Virus record (IMG/VR): IMGVR_UViG_3300025276_000021
DNA from: a virus
DNA: 64,000 nt
Strand: one strand, 5' to 3'
This document shows positions 26,610 to 35,406 of the stretch, piece after piece. The notes beneath the pieces are model-generated. The model was given only the letters and a program-made list of their open reading frames with translations, was not told the DNA's origin and did no database searches. A program made the position numbers and the translations under genes. Numbering within the stretch: the stretch's first letter is position 1; every line of letters starts with the position of its first letter.

Positions 26610-27545
26610 TTATATATTTCTATAAGCATACTCTATTGCTCTATCGGCTTCAACTCCAAGAGGTCTTTTTTCATATTTCTGTGAAGTCTCATCGTCTAAT
26701 TCTCTGACAAGTTGCTCGACCTCATATGCACTTATAGGATACTCTCGCTTAATTGCGTTCATTGCAGTAGATACCATAATCTTATATATCATAGCATAAC
26801 GACCTGAGTTGTCAGTACCAGATATAGCAAACCATTCTTTAATGTGATTTTTATTAACGAACGGACAATCTCTATAACCAGTCCAACGTATATCAGTATT
26901 TTTCTGCTGATCTTTTCTATATTGTATTACTTTATCTATAGTATCTTTAGGTAGTCTGTCTATGAAAGAAGAACCAGTTTTTTCTTTATAAGGGTATTTT
27001 GATATTATACGATTTGCATCCATATCAGAGCCAGAAGTATTGCTGAATATAAAGTTATTAGAATTATCATAATTCGCAGGGATGTAATACATTCTAGATA
27101 AGTCTTTAGTCTGACCATCTCCGATTTCTCCGAGTTCTTTATTGAGTGCAAACCAGAAGTGTTTGATTTTAGATGCATCAATCGATGCCGTAAGTGGGAA
27201 CACAAGTCTAAACTTTGGGTGTTCAAGTGAACTACTTGCCGTAGAATAGCAAATATAATTAAACTCGCCAAAACGGTCAAAAAGTTCACTTTCTAATTTT
27301 CCTTTAAAGACATGATCATCAACATCAACAGCAGCCCAACTTGACCAATCCAAAACATTCGCGTTTGCCCTAGTTGTATCAGAAACGTAACTAGCAGGAG
27401 ATATAAGTTGTGCATCATGCTTTCCTTTTCTTGGAATTTTAGATAAATCATATAGAAATTTAGTATAGTCCTCCCACCGCAAGAAATTCATCTTACGATG
27501 GGTTTTGTTGTCATACAGATTTTTAAATATAGTAAGACTATACAC
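26610..27545 (-). CDS. putative AEP-superfamily primase or primase-polymerase
   Basis: AAVDVDD (DxD), YSTASS...PKFRLVFPL, KDLSRMYY. Confidence 0.6.
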   Translation of the reverse strand: MYSLTIFKNLYDNKTHRKMNFLRWEDYTKFLYDLSKIPRKGKHDAQLISPASYVSDTTRANANVLDWSSWAAVDVDDHVFKGKLESELFDRFGEFNYICYSTASSSLEHPKFRLVFPLTASIDASKIKHFWFALNKELGEIGDGQTKDLSRMYYIPANYDNSNNFIFSNTSGSDMDANRIISKYPYKEKTGSSFIDRLPKDTIDKVIQYRKDQQKNTDIRWTGYRDCPFVNKNHIKEWFAISGTDNSGRYAMIYKIMVSTAMNAIKREYPISAYEVEQLVRELDDETSQKYEKRPLGVEADRAIEYAYRNI

Positions 27546-27866
27546 TTATAAATCCGCTTCCTTTACAAAGATGCCATCAATCATTCGACCTTTACGATCT
27601 TTAATATCATTATAAGCAACGGTTAGACAGTTATTCATGGTAATATTATTACGCTTCATAATATTGATCATCACAACCATCATATCGCCTAGATCATCCC
27701 GAATGTCATTGCCCTTACATACACTATCAGACAACTCGCCTAATTCTTGCATTAGCTTCAACACCTGATCTTTATCGGTAGAACCTTCAATTAAATTGCG
27801 TTCTTCGTGCCAATCGCCAATTTTATTTACTAATGCAGCAACATGCAGTTTTTGTGTAGTTTCCAT
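27546..27866 (-). CDS. MazG-like nucleotide pyrophosphohydrolase
   Basis: KLMQELGEL...DDLGD, AYNDIKDRKG...GIFVKE. Confidence 0.8.
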   Translation of the reverse strand: METTQKLHVAALVNKIGDWHEERNLIEGSTDKDQVLKLMQELGELSDSVCKGNDIRDDLGDMMVVMINIMKRNNITMNNCLTVAYNDIKDRKGRMIDGIFVKEADL

Positions 27867-27898
27867 AATGTATCCTTAATATTTAATCGATAATAGTT

Positions 27899-27927
27899 AT
27901 TTTATCACATTTAATCTGCCTTGTCAA
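27899..27927 (-). promoter_or_regulatory. sigma70-type promoter
   Basis: TTGACA-17-TAAAAT, extended TG. Confidence 0.7.
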
Positions 27928-29747
27928 GAGATATTGACAATGTTGTTTCGATACTGAAGATTTGTGGCGTGTTTTTCTCGCTTAGTTATTGCTCGGTGCA
28001 TGTTAGCACATAAAGTTTCAAGATTTTCAGGACGGTTATCAGTGTGATCTCCATTTTTGTGATTTACATCTAAAGATTCAAAATATTCTTCCTCTGTGTA
28101 ACCAAGAGCATGAAATGTTGCAGCGCATTGAGGCACGCCATTTTCGTCTCTTGGACATTTTTCACATAAACAACCTTTTTGATTTTTATAACTCAGATCG
28201 CCCGGCTGCGCCCAAGGTGATTTAAGTCCGCCCCAGTTTCGTGTGCTTTGCTCTTTATCGTCAGTAACATTCAATACATTTTCAGAAGAACCGTTGATTA
28301 GAATATCGCTTTCTAATGTATTTAGATAGTCTTTCCAATCATCTACACTTAATGTCTGGTTTTTAAAAAATGCGTCTGCACCGGCGCGATTTTGCGGTGT
28401 ATCAGGCAAAAAGATTGTGTAACCAAAAGTAACTTCAAACCAGCGTTCTGCAATTTCTTTGGGAACTCCATCTTTAATAGCTTTCAACTTAGCTGCAACA
28501 GCTTCACGCATATTAGAAATACCTTTGACTTTAGGAAATCTATTTGCACGACCCATGAATTGCTCGACACTAGATGTTACAGATAAATCATTACTAGCTG
28601 CTCTAATATTTGTAGATATTAGAAGATTCATGCTAGGAATATTTACTGCATTATCCAGATGTTTAGTAGCAATAACAATATAAACATCTTTTGTTTTATC
28701 TGATAATCCATCAAACAATTCTGCAGCTTTTGGTTGACTACCGCCAGAACCGTATTGCCGGTTGATTTGGTTTTTAGAAAGTCCTTTTATTGCTTTTCTT
28801 TTTGAAACTACAATTGCAACTTTGCCGTGGTAATCCCGAGCAGGGAAACTATCGTAAATTTCATGGGATGATGCAAAACTACCTTTTGCCATGCCTTGAA
28901 TTCCAATAATTGCTTTTGCAATTTCCAATCCATATTTTGCATGGATATCTTTCATTTCTTGATATTCTGCTTCCTGCTCTGCTACCAATTCTTCTATAAG
29001 CTCACTATATTCTGCAACAGGGTAAAAGTTAACGCCGCGATTACAGCTATGAAACTCTAAAGTTTTTTCTTTAGGGCATACAGATAACAGTTTCATCCAA
29101 GAAGAATTTTTTACAGTATTTCTAGGAGTAGCTGTTATTAAAAACCAAGTGTTGGCACCCATTTCTAAAAATGTGTTAAGCCAGGCGGCATCATCTTCAG
29201 ATGTGACATAAGAAGGATAACCATACGCAATCATATATTCTTCGGCGCCGCGTGATTGTAAACCGATATGAGCTTCATCGCTAATTCCAACAATGCGATA
29301 TTTTTTGCCTAATTTTTGAAAAAGTTCAGAATTTTGTGATATCGCTGTAGGATGTGCGACTACGATAGTTGGTCCACTAAAAGTTCGCATATTAACAGAT
29401 GAATTGCCAAAGGCGTCTTTCATATAAACTAATGCCAAATCATCCTGATTTCCACTTTCAGGTAGCCACGCTCTAACTAGCGATTCTATATCTTCTAAAG
29501 ATGCATCGTTAGGACAAGTAAAAATTACAATGTCTGCTAAATCTTCTTTGAATATTGTAGGAATTATGTTATGTACTATAGTGTGAGTTTTTCCAGATCC
29601 TGTGCCTGCAGAAACCACATTCATCATATCTGATGATGGTTGACGAATCTCATTTAAGATGGGATCAGAAATAAACTCTTTCTGATAATCGCGCAAGAGC
29701 GCCATAGTTTCGTAAACGGGATCTTTATTTTCGAACGGGAACGCCAT
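27924..29747 (-). CDS. SF2 helicase/ATPase fused to a C-terminal HNH nuclease
   Basis: AGTGSGKT, DEAH, TATP, QFMGRANR; CEKC...VNHKNGDHTDNRPENLETLCANMH. Confidence 0.8.
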   Translation of the reverse strand: MAFPFENKDPVYETMALLRDYQKEFISDPILNEIRQPSSDMMNVVSAGTGSGKTHTIVHNIIPTIFKEDLADIVIFTCPNDASLEDIESLVRAWLPESGNQDDLALVYMKDAFGNSSVNMRTFSGPTIVVAHPTAISQNSELFQKLGKKYRIVGISDEAHIGLQSRGAEEYMIAYGYPSYVTSEDDAAWLNTFLEMGANTWFLITATPRNTVKNSSWMKLLSVCPKEKTLEFHSCNRGVNFYPVAEYSELIEELVAEQEAEYQEMKDIHAKYGLEIAKAIIGIQGMAKGSFASSHEIYDSFPARDYHGKVAIVVSKRKAIKGLSKNQINRQYGSGGSQPKAAELFDGLSDKTKDVYIVIATKHLDNAVNIPSMNLLISTNIRAASNDLSVTSSVEQFMGRANRFPKVKGISNMREAVAAKLKAIKDGVPKEIAERWFEVTFGYTIFLPDTPQNRAGADAFFKNQTLSVDDWKDYLNTLESDILINGSSENVLNVTDDKEQSTRNWGGLKSPWAQPGDLSYKNQKGCLCEKCPRDENGVPQCAATFHALGYTEEEYFESLDVNHKNGDHTDNRPENLETLCANMHRAITKREKHATNLQYRNNIVNIS

Positions 29748-29789
29748 GATATAAACCTTTTCAGTATGTGCGATTCTCTTTACTACTAC

Positions 29790-29818
29790 AATATAGCATA
29801 AACAAGCCTACTTGTCAA
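29790..29818 (-). promoter_or_regulatory. sigma70-type promoter
   Basis: TTGACA-17-TATATT, extended TG. Confidence 0.7.
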
Positions 29819-32313
29819 CCAAAAAAATCTTCTAGGGTAGCTTTTTCTTCAACAGACCAACCAACAGCATCTAGAATTGGTGTGATAGGATCAAGAAAGG
29901 TTTTAGAAAATTGTGTTTCATAATCAACGTATCTAGCTAAATTCATTTCCGGCGGAATATAGTCTGGAAAAGATATAACATTTTGTCGAATTGGATTAGG
30001 CATCTTTAGATAGCTGAATAAAACTTTTTCGCCGTTTTGAATAGGAGAGTATTTTTTATCTAACGCTTTATCTTTTATTTGATTGTTATACAATAGTGCG
30101 CCACGAACGTGAATTGGTGTACCTTTCTTAAAGATCGTTTTACGATCTGCATATTTTTTCACTTCGCTACAACCACGAGGAAAAGATACTGCTTCGGGCG
30201 GCAGTGATTTAAACTCTGTCTTAAAATCGTTGATAAATTTTCGTGTATCCATTTCTGAACCAGATATGATAATCTTAAAAACTTGCAGAAATTTATCACG
30301 GACAACTTGAGGAGTTGACGATTTTACAGCTTCAATACCCATGATTTTTAGTTTCGGTTCTTTATATTGAACACCTTCGTTATTATGCACATTCAAGATA
30401 TAACGCTTTTTTGCCATCCATAAACCACGGTCTGCAATAGCTTCGCGTTCCATAATCATACGATTTGTATATGCGTTCATCTGTCGAAAAAGATCATCAT
30501 AGCCTTTCTGAAGTACAGCTTCAAAATGCTCTGCACAAATCTTATCAAGTGCTTTTACTGGATCTTTAGGTGCTAATTTTTTGATGAATGGTCCGAAGTT
30601 AATATAGAGTGAATCTGTATCCATCGCAATAACATAATCTGTGTTATCAGTTTTTAAAATCTTATTCATTTCATCATTAATGCAGCGTTCAGCCCATTGA
30701 ATGGATAACTGACCTGAGAGTGTGATACCTTCGGCAATCCGCTGGTCGAAGTAACGAAAATGTTGATTGCCGATTGCGCCATATAATGAATTGAGTAGAA
30801 TTTTAATTGCCATCTGACGATTTTCAAGTTGATTGATTTCTCTTGAAAGTGCATCTGATGGATTGTCTGCGTGTTTCTGCATTGCTGACAACATTGCTTT
30901 TTTAGTCGCTTTTCGCTCTAACATATAATCGGAAATAATCTTAGGCAGAATACCTTGTTTTTCTTTACTAAATGTCACGCCGTTGGCTGCTATAGATAAA
31001 TCTTTGTTGACGTTAGGTGCATTGTGCATATAGTGTTCTACGCCAGATTGGTGACGCTCATCAGGATCAACAACTAGCGTTTCAGGTGACATATTATATT
31101 GCACAATTAGACTTGGATATAGTGAGTTCAAATCAAAAGAAACAACCCACTCATGGGCACCAACGTGTGGATCTTTTACATAGCCGCCGGGATAAGGAGT
31201 TTTGTGCTTATCATCTTTAGGCGAGATAATGATATTTTTCTTATTCAAATCACGATGGATAATAGAGTCCCATATGGCAGTAGTACCCATAGTCGTATCA
31301 TAATTCACGCCACCGCGGTACGCCATGGTCAACGCAAGAGTAATCAAATCCATTTTTTCGTCAATTTTACCAACTAGCCAAACGTCTTTAATGTTATAAT
31401 CAATGAATAGTTGATGGTCGTTTTTATAAAGAGTATGCAGATTGCCGTGTTCTTCATATGACAATTTCTTTTCGCCAAGAACAACATTAGCAATATGATC
31501 TAACTTGTATGATGCTTGATTGCCGTAAGAATAACCAAACTTTTTAAACAATTCAATATAATCAAGTTGTGATATGCCAGTAATTTCGTAGCTTTTCATA
31601 ACGCGACCTTGGACAGTAACATTTCTCTCGCTAACAAGACCCCAAGGTGAGAATTTGTTAGAGACTTCTGTGCCAGCTAACTTAGCAACACGATTAATCA
31701 AGTACGGCATATCAAAGTTTTTGATGTACCAACCTGTAATAACGTCTGGCGTATTCTTTGTCCAGTATGTCATAAATTTTGCGAGTAATTCAGTCTCACT
31801 ACTACATTTGCGGTATTGAACCATTATGTCTTGATTTTCACGCTTATCAGCATCAAAGTCACCAAGACCCCAAACGTGATATATTTCGCTTGTGGAACTT
31901 TTCAGACAGATCGAAATTACAGGATAATTAGCAGTTTCTGGTTCTGGAAAACCATCGTCTGACGCAACTTCGATATCTAGATTTGCAACATTCACATGTT
32001 TACGATTGAATTGAATATCTTTAGGAAATTCAGATACAATAAACTGTTGAATGTAATTTGTGTTGCCGTAAATTTTGACATTATCCATATCTTTATACGT
32101 TTCTAGCCATTCTTTAGCATCACGCATAGATTCAAAATCTACTGGTTGTAGAGAAACGCCGTCAAGTGATTTCCAATCTGTCTGGGTTTTACTACGCACA
32201 AACAACGTGGGTTTAAATTTGACACGCTTTTCAATTCTCACACCGTGGTCGTTATAACCACGGTATAAGAGTGAGTTGCCGTATCGCGCTACATTCGTAT
32301 AAAAAGCTGCCAA
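29815..32313 (-). CDS. gp43: family B DNA polymerase
   Basis: DIEV exonuclease motif, SFDLNSLYPS, KILLNSLYGA, DTDS; TTG start with GGAG SD. Confidence 0.97.
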   Translation of the reverse strand: MAAFYTNVARYGNSLLYRGYNDHGVRIEKRVKFKPTLFVRSKTQTDWKSLDGVSLQPVDFESMRDAKEWLETYKDMDNVKIYGNTNYIQQFIVSEFPKDIQFNRKHVNVANLDIEVASDDGFPEPETANYPVISICLKSSTSEIYHVWGLGDFDADKRENQDIMVQYRKCSSETELLAKFMTYWTKNTPDVITGWYIKNFDMPYLINRVAKLAGTEVSNKFSPWGLVSERNVTVQGRVMKSYEITGISQLDYIELFKKFGYSYGNQASYKLDHIANVVLGEKKLSYEEHGNLHTLYKNDHQLFIDYNIKDVWLVGKIDEKMDLITLALTMAYRGGVNYDTTMGTTAIWDSIIHRDLNKKNIIISPKDDKHKTPYPGGYVKDPHVGAHEWVVSFDLNSLYPSLIVQYNMSPETLVVDPDERHQSGVEHYMHNAPNVNKDLSIAANGVTFSKEKQGILPKIISDYMLERKATKKAMLSAMQKHADNPSDALSREINQLENRQMAIKILLNSLYGAIGNQHFRYFDQRIAEGITLSGQLSIQWAERCINDEMNKILKTDNTDYVIAMDTDSLYINFGPFIKKLAPKDPVKALDKICAEHFEAVLQKGYDDLFRQMNAYTNRMIMEREAIADRGLWMAKKRYILNVHNNEGVQYKEPKLKIMGIEAVKSSTPQVVRDKFLQVFKIIISGSEMDTRKFINDFKTEFKSLPPEAVSFPRGCSEVKKYADRKTIFKKGTPIHVRGALLYNNQIKDKALDKKYSPIQNGEKVLFSYLKMPNPIRQNVISFPDYIPPEMNLARYVDYETQFSKTFLDPITPILDAVGWSVEEKATLEDFFG

Positions 32314-32341
32314 GTATCATTCTCCATAAATCATTCTATAT

Positions 32342-32370
32342 ATTATAGCATAGGTGATAGATATTGTCTA
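32342..32370 (-). promoter_or_regulatory. sigma70-type promoter
   Basis: TAGACA-17-TATAAT, extended TG. Confidence 0.7.
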
Positions 32371-32589
32371 GTCTTTTTTTGAGACAAATGCATACATTTC
32401 TTTGGCTTTTTCCATTAATTCTTCTGTTGAATAAATTTTGTATGCTTCTTTAACCTCTTCCATCGATTTTTTACCTTGTTCGTGCATATCATTTGCAAGT
32501 TGAATATTCATTGACCATTGCTGATCCATGTAATCTTTTGCCATCGCTAACATTTCTGCGCGGATTTCAAAGGGATTTTTGTGTGCCAT
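32368..32589 (-). CDS. hypothetical protein
   Basis: KNPFEIRAEML.MAKDY; AGGA SD. Confidence 0.7.
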   Translation of the reverse strand: MAHKNPFEIRAEMLAMAKDYMDQQWSMNIQLANDMHEQGKKSMEEVKEAYKIYSTEELMEKAKEMYAFVSKKD

Positions 32590-32608
32590 TGTGTGATCCT
32601 ATCTAAAT

Positions 32609-32914
32609 TTAATTATGTTCGCCATTATTCTGACGTCCGTTGTATCCGTCAATTCTATTAAAAACTTTAGGCTTTCGTTTTGCTGTCTCAAAAGTACCTA
32701 CGGTAATTACAATAGCTGCAAGTAAGAGCGTATGAGCAATTGCATTAATTCCCCAGAAGGCAATGCTGCCCACGTACATGGAACATACAGATACCCACAT
32801 CCATGCAAGAATTTGCATAATTAAATGTCTAACTTGTAGGTTTGGTATATTCTTTAATGGATTGATATTTGCATCCATTACACTATTCCAAGCGTCATTA
32901 ACATAGTCTTTCAT
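32609..32914 (-). CDS. hypothetical two-TM membrane protein
   Basis: GGAG SD before MKDYV; two hydrophobic segments. Confidence 0.7.
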   Translation of the reverse strand: MKDYVNDAWNSVMDANINPLKNIPNLQVRHLIMQILAWMWVSVCSMYVGSIAFWGINAIAHTLLLAAIVITVGTFETAKRKPKVFNRIDGYNGRQNNGEHN

Positions 32915-33038
32915 CACATTCTCCATAATTTGTGTGTGTGATTGGGGCATTTCTGCCCCAATTTTTAATTTATTTTATACCAAAAATATTCTATTATTTG
33001 TCGGTATAATCGGTAATTCATTACCATAACGTATACAA

Positions 33039-33188
33039 TCACCCCCAACCTCTGAGGTTATCATTCTCCCATACTTTCATTCGCCTTTCTAGATCGGCGT
33101 GAGATTTAGCTTTTGAGAAATATTCATCTCTCAATTCAATCTCAGTTTTAGGCTTAACAAAATTAAATAGTTTCATAAGTAATTCCAT
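33039..33188 (-). CDS. 49-aa DUF3563-like protein (not in ORF track)
   Basis: RDEYFSKAKSHADLERRMK pattern; TGATG coupling. Confidence 0.6.
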   Translation of the reverse strand: MELLMKLFNFVKPKTEIELRDEYFSKAKSHADLERRMKVWENDNLRGWG

Positions 33189-33439
33189 CATCTTTCTGCC
33201 CTTGGAAGATGATCTAAGTTTTCTAAACCCATGGTACTTCTATTCAATAAATCCCAAATTTGATCTACTGTCATATTTGGATATTCGCCTTTTAGCATAG
33301 GGGCAATTTTTCGGTTGGCTTCTACTTGCCTCGCTCTAATCATAGAAACCCACAAACGGTTGAGAGAATCGTTGATCAGATCAATTAATGAACTAATTGC
33401 TTTCGTTAAGTAGTTGTGACTTGTTAGTATATGTTGCAT
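33188..33439 (-). CDS. hypothetical protein
   Basis: 83-aa ORF with GAGGA SD inside the end of hsp20. Confidence 0.65.
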   Translation of the reverse strand: MQHILTSHNYLTKAISSLIDLINDSLNRLWVSMIRARQVEANRKIAPMLKGEYPNMTVDQIWDLLNRSTMGLENLDHLPRAER

Positions 33440-33863
33440 TTGAGTTTTCCTCGTTTTTTCCTATTGAAATTTTACGAGGACGCATTTCTTCTGGGATTTC
33501 ATACTTCAGTTCTACGGCAAGTATGCCATCTTGAATATCTGCTCCGTTTACTTGAACGTGTTCAGACAATCGAAAAGTACGTTTAAACTTCTTGGTACTA
33601 ATACCTCGATGAATAAAGTCTCTTCCTTTGCTAACGTGTTCTCCAGTTATCATCAAAGTTCTATCTTTAACTTCTATTGATAATTCATCTTTTGAAAAGC
33701 CTGCAACTGCAAGTTCAATAAGATATTCATGCTCACTCGCTTTAATAATATTGTGAGGTGGATAGTGATCAGATGCATGACGAACTGTGTGTTCCATTTC
33801 GTTAAACAAATGATCGAATCCTACAAAAGATGATCGTGGAAATAGTGTTTGAATGCCTGTCAT
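33393..33863 (-). CDS. small heat shock protein (Hsp20/IbpA family)
   Basis: YPPHNI, IELAVAGF, HRGIS.KKF.RTFRL, DGIL; start reassigned to ATG 33863 (GAGGAG SD). Confidence 0.95.
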   Translation of the reverse strand: MTGIQTLFPRSSFVGFDHLFNEMEHTVRHASDHYPPHNIIKASEHEYLIELAVAGFSKDELSIEVKDRTLMITGEHVSKGRDFIHRGISTKKFKRTFRLSEHVQVNGADIQDGILAVELKYEIPEEMRPRKISIGKNEENSNATYTNKSQLLNESN

Positions 33864-33963
33864 TTTGGGGTTCTCCTCTTCCAAGCAAGAATGTTCTGGG
33901 ACCAGATTATTCTGCATCCCGCCTTCATTGGACAACCTCTACAAGCTGTCTCTGTAGTATATA
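33864..33963 (-). promoter_or_regulatory. ROSE-like RNA thermometer in the hsp20 5' UTR
   Basis: three hairpins (33950-33931, 33920-33898, 33891-33871); the last is UUCUU(G)CUU-GGAA-GAGGAGAA, with UUGCU pairing the SD and a bulged G. Confidence 0.7.
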
Positions 33964-33969
33964 TGTATT

Positions 33970-33998
33970 ATTATAGTCTATTTCAAGAGTAATGTCAA
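33970..33998 (-). promoter_or_regulatory. consensus sigma70-type promoter for hsp20
   Basis: TTGACA-17-TATAAT. Confidence 0.8.
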
Positions 33999-34005
33999 GA
34001 TTTAT

Positions 34006-34947
34006 TTAAAATTTTATTCGCATATTAGCGTTTATTCTAGAAATCTCTATTGCCAAATCTTGATTTCTGTCGTGCATCTCAATCTCTTTGCCGAGTTTAT
34101 TTTCAATCCAATCCTCAGCTTTGTCCCATTCAAATTGAACACCAGAGCGCATATCATTTCTTATTTCATGGGTCATATGTACTTGTCTTATTTTATAATT
34201 ATTAACAATTACCTCGTCCCATTGTCCAGCTGGCATCCGATCTTCATTATAATGACTTTGTATCTTTTTGGCAAGTGCTTTAGCATTCTTCTTATATGTT
34301 TTTGTTGCGGCTTCAATATAACCTTTGATAATATCAGAAAGTTCTCCGCTTCTATTTTTTTGCTTTAATTCTGCAGGCAGAAGTTGCCAATACATGGTTA
34401 GACTTTCGCCTTTATTATTAGGTTTTTTACCCCAAACTCTTTCAATAGCACTTATAACATATTTTTCCATATCAGCAGGCATAGTTCCCAAATCCTTTAG
34501 ATCGACCTTGGTATTTTCAAATTTATCAGTGTATGTATCAGAGCGAGCCAATTCATACATTTCATACCAACGCCTGCCCGAATTGTCGGGTTCTGATCCA
34601 ATATCACCGGAGAACGATCCTAACAAATCAGCTTCCAATTCATAGATAACTTGAGCACCACTAGTGGCGACACCTCTAGCAAGACTCGTAGAGGACATAT
34701 TCAAAAATGCGGAAATGCCGCGCTTTTTGTTCTCACCTTTAAACATCGTTTTATGAAACTGTTGAGCTGCAATATGCCAGCAAGTTATTCTTGGAGGAGT
34801 AGGAGTGATCTGTTTCATTTGTGCTGAGGACATAGGCATCCAAAAATTTGCAATGCCTTCATTATCGCTTTTTTTGATATCAAATAGCTTTTGAGATAAA
34901 CTACTTTTACCATGCAATTCTAATAAATAAGACTTAAAATTTTGCAT
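34006..34947 (-). CDS. putative internal head protein, ADP-ribosyltransferase-like (paralogue of 35406-36362)
   Basis: leader MQNFKSYLLE; WH...GISAF...IYEL...WDEVIVN. Confidence 0.5.
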   Translation of the reverse strand: MQNFKSYLLELHGKSSLSQKLFDIKKSDNEGIANFWMPMSSAQMKQITPTPPRITCWHIAAQQFHKTMFKGENKKRGISAFLNMSSTSLARGVATSGAQVIYELEADLLGSFSGDIGSEPDNSGRRWYEMYELARSDTYTDKFENTKVDLKDLGTMPADMEKYVISAIERVWGKKPNNKGESLTMYWQLLPAELKQKNRSGELSDIIKGYIEAATKTYKKNAKALAKKIQSHYNEDRMPAGQWDEVIVNNYKIRQVHMTHEIRNDMRSGVQFEWDKAEDWIENKLGKEIEMHDRNQDLAIEISRINANMRIKF

Positions 34948-35406
34948 CTATTTTGCTTTCCTTGTCAATATATAAAGAGATAATTCATCCAAATCTAGTT
35001 CTTCAATTTTAAAGCCCATTTTAGTAGCAAATCGTTTTACTAATTTACTGTATAATTTGTTTCTGCTTCCGCTCTCACCATCTTCGGCAGATTTAGATGC
35101 TGTAAAACTTGCGACTTTTATTTGTGGATTTTTCTCTATAAATTCTTTTATGTGGTTTATTACTGCGCCAAATATTTGCATTTGGTCGCCTTTACCAGTA
35201 ACAGACATATCACCACCAACACTGAATACAATATTAACGTCCGATTTTTCAGGAATATTTTTAGATTGTGACCAATTATAAATCATTTCTACAAATTGTT
35301 TACCTATTCGACCGAGATATTTTTCAGTTTCAGGTCTGGTGCTAGTTTGTTTCCACTGAATTTTAGTGTTGAACGATTCGCCCAAATGTGATTTAAAACT
35401 TATCAT
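34948..35406 (-). CDS. putative internal head protein, unknown function
   Basis: leader MISFKSHLGE; C-terminal SRNKLYSKL...GF is loosely GNAT-like. Confidence 0.55.
   Translation of the reverse strand: MISFKSHLGESFNTKIQWKQTSTRPETEKYLGRIGKQFVEMIYNWSQSKNIPEKSDVNIVFSVGGDMSVTGKGDQMQIFGAVINHIKEFIEKNPQIKVASFTASKSAEDGESGSRNKLYSKLVKRFATKMGFKIEELDLDELSLYILTRKAK

Noticed and set aside
14987-27866. The two MazG-like genes as ppGpp-suppressing factors
   Set aside because: MazG-like NTP-PPases are common in marine phages and their substrate cannot be read from sequence; nucleotide pool sanitising is as likely.
4457-33863. Host chromosomal contamination or prophage boundary (porin, tmRNA, purS, pckA, aldolase, hsp20)
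   Set aside because: These genes are interleaved and translationally coupled with T4 core genes, share their promoter style, and lack their host operon partners.
33864-33935. N-terminal extension of Hsp20 from the ORF track
   Set aside because: The strong SD precedes ATG 33863 and the region folds as a structured UTR.
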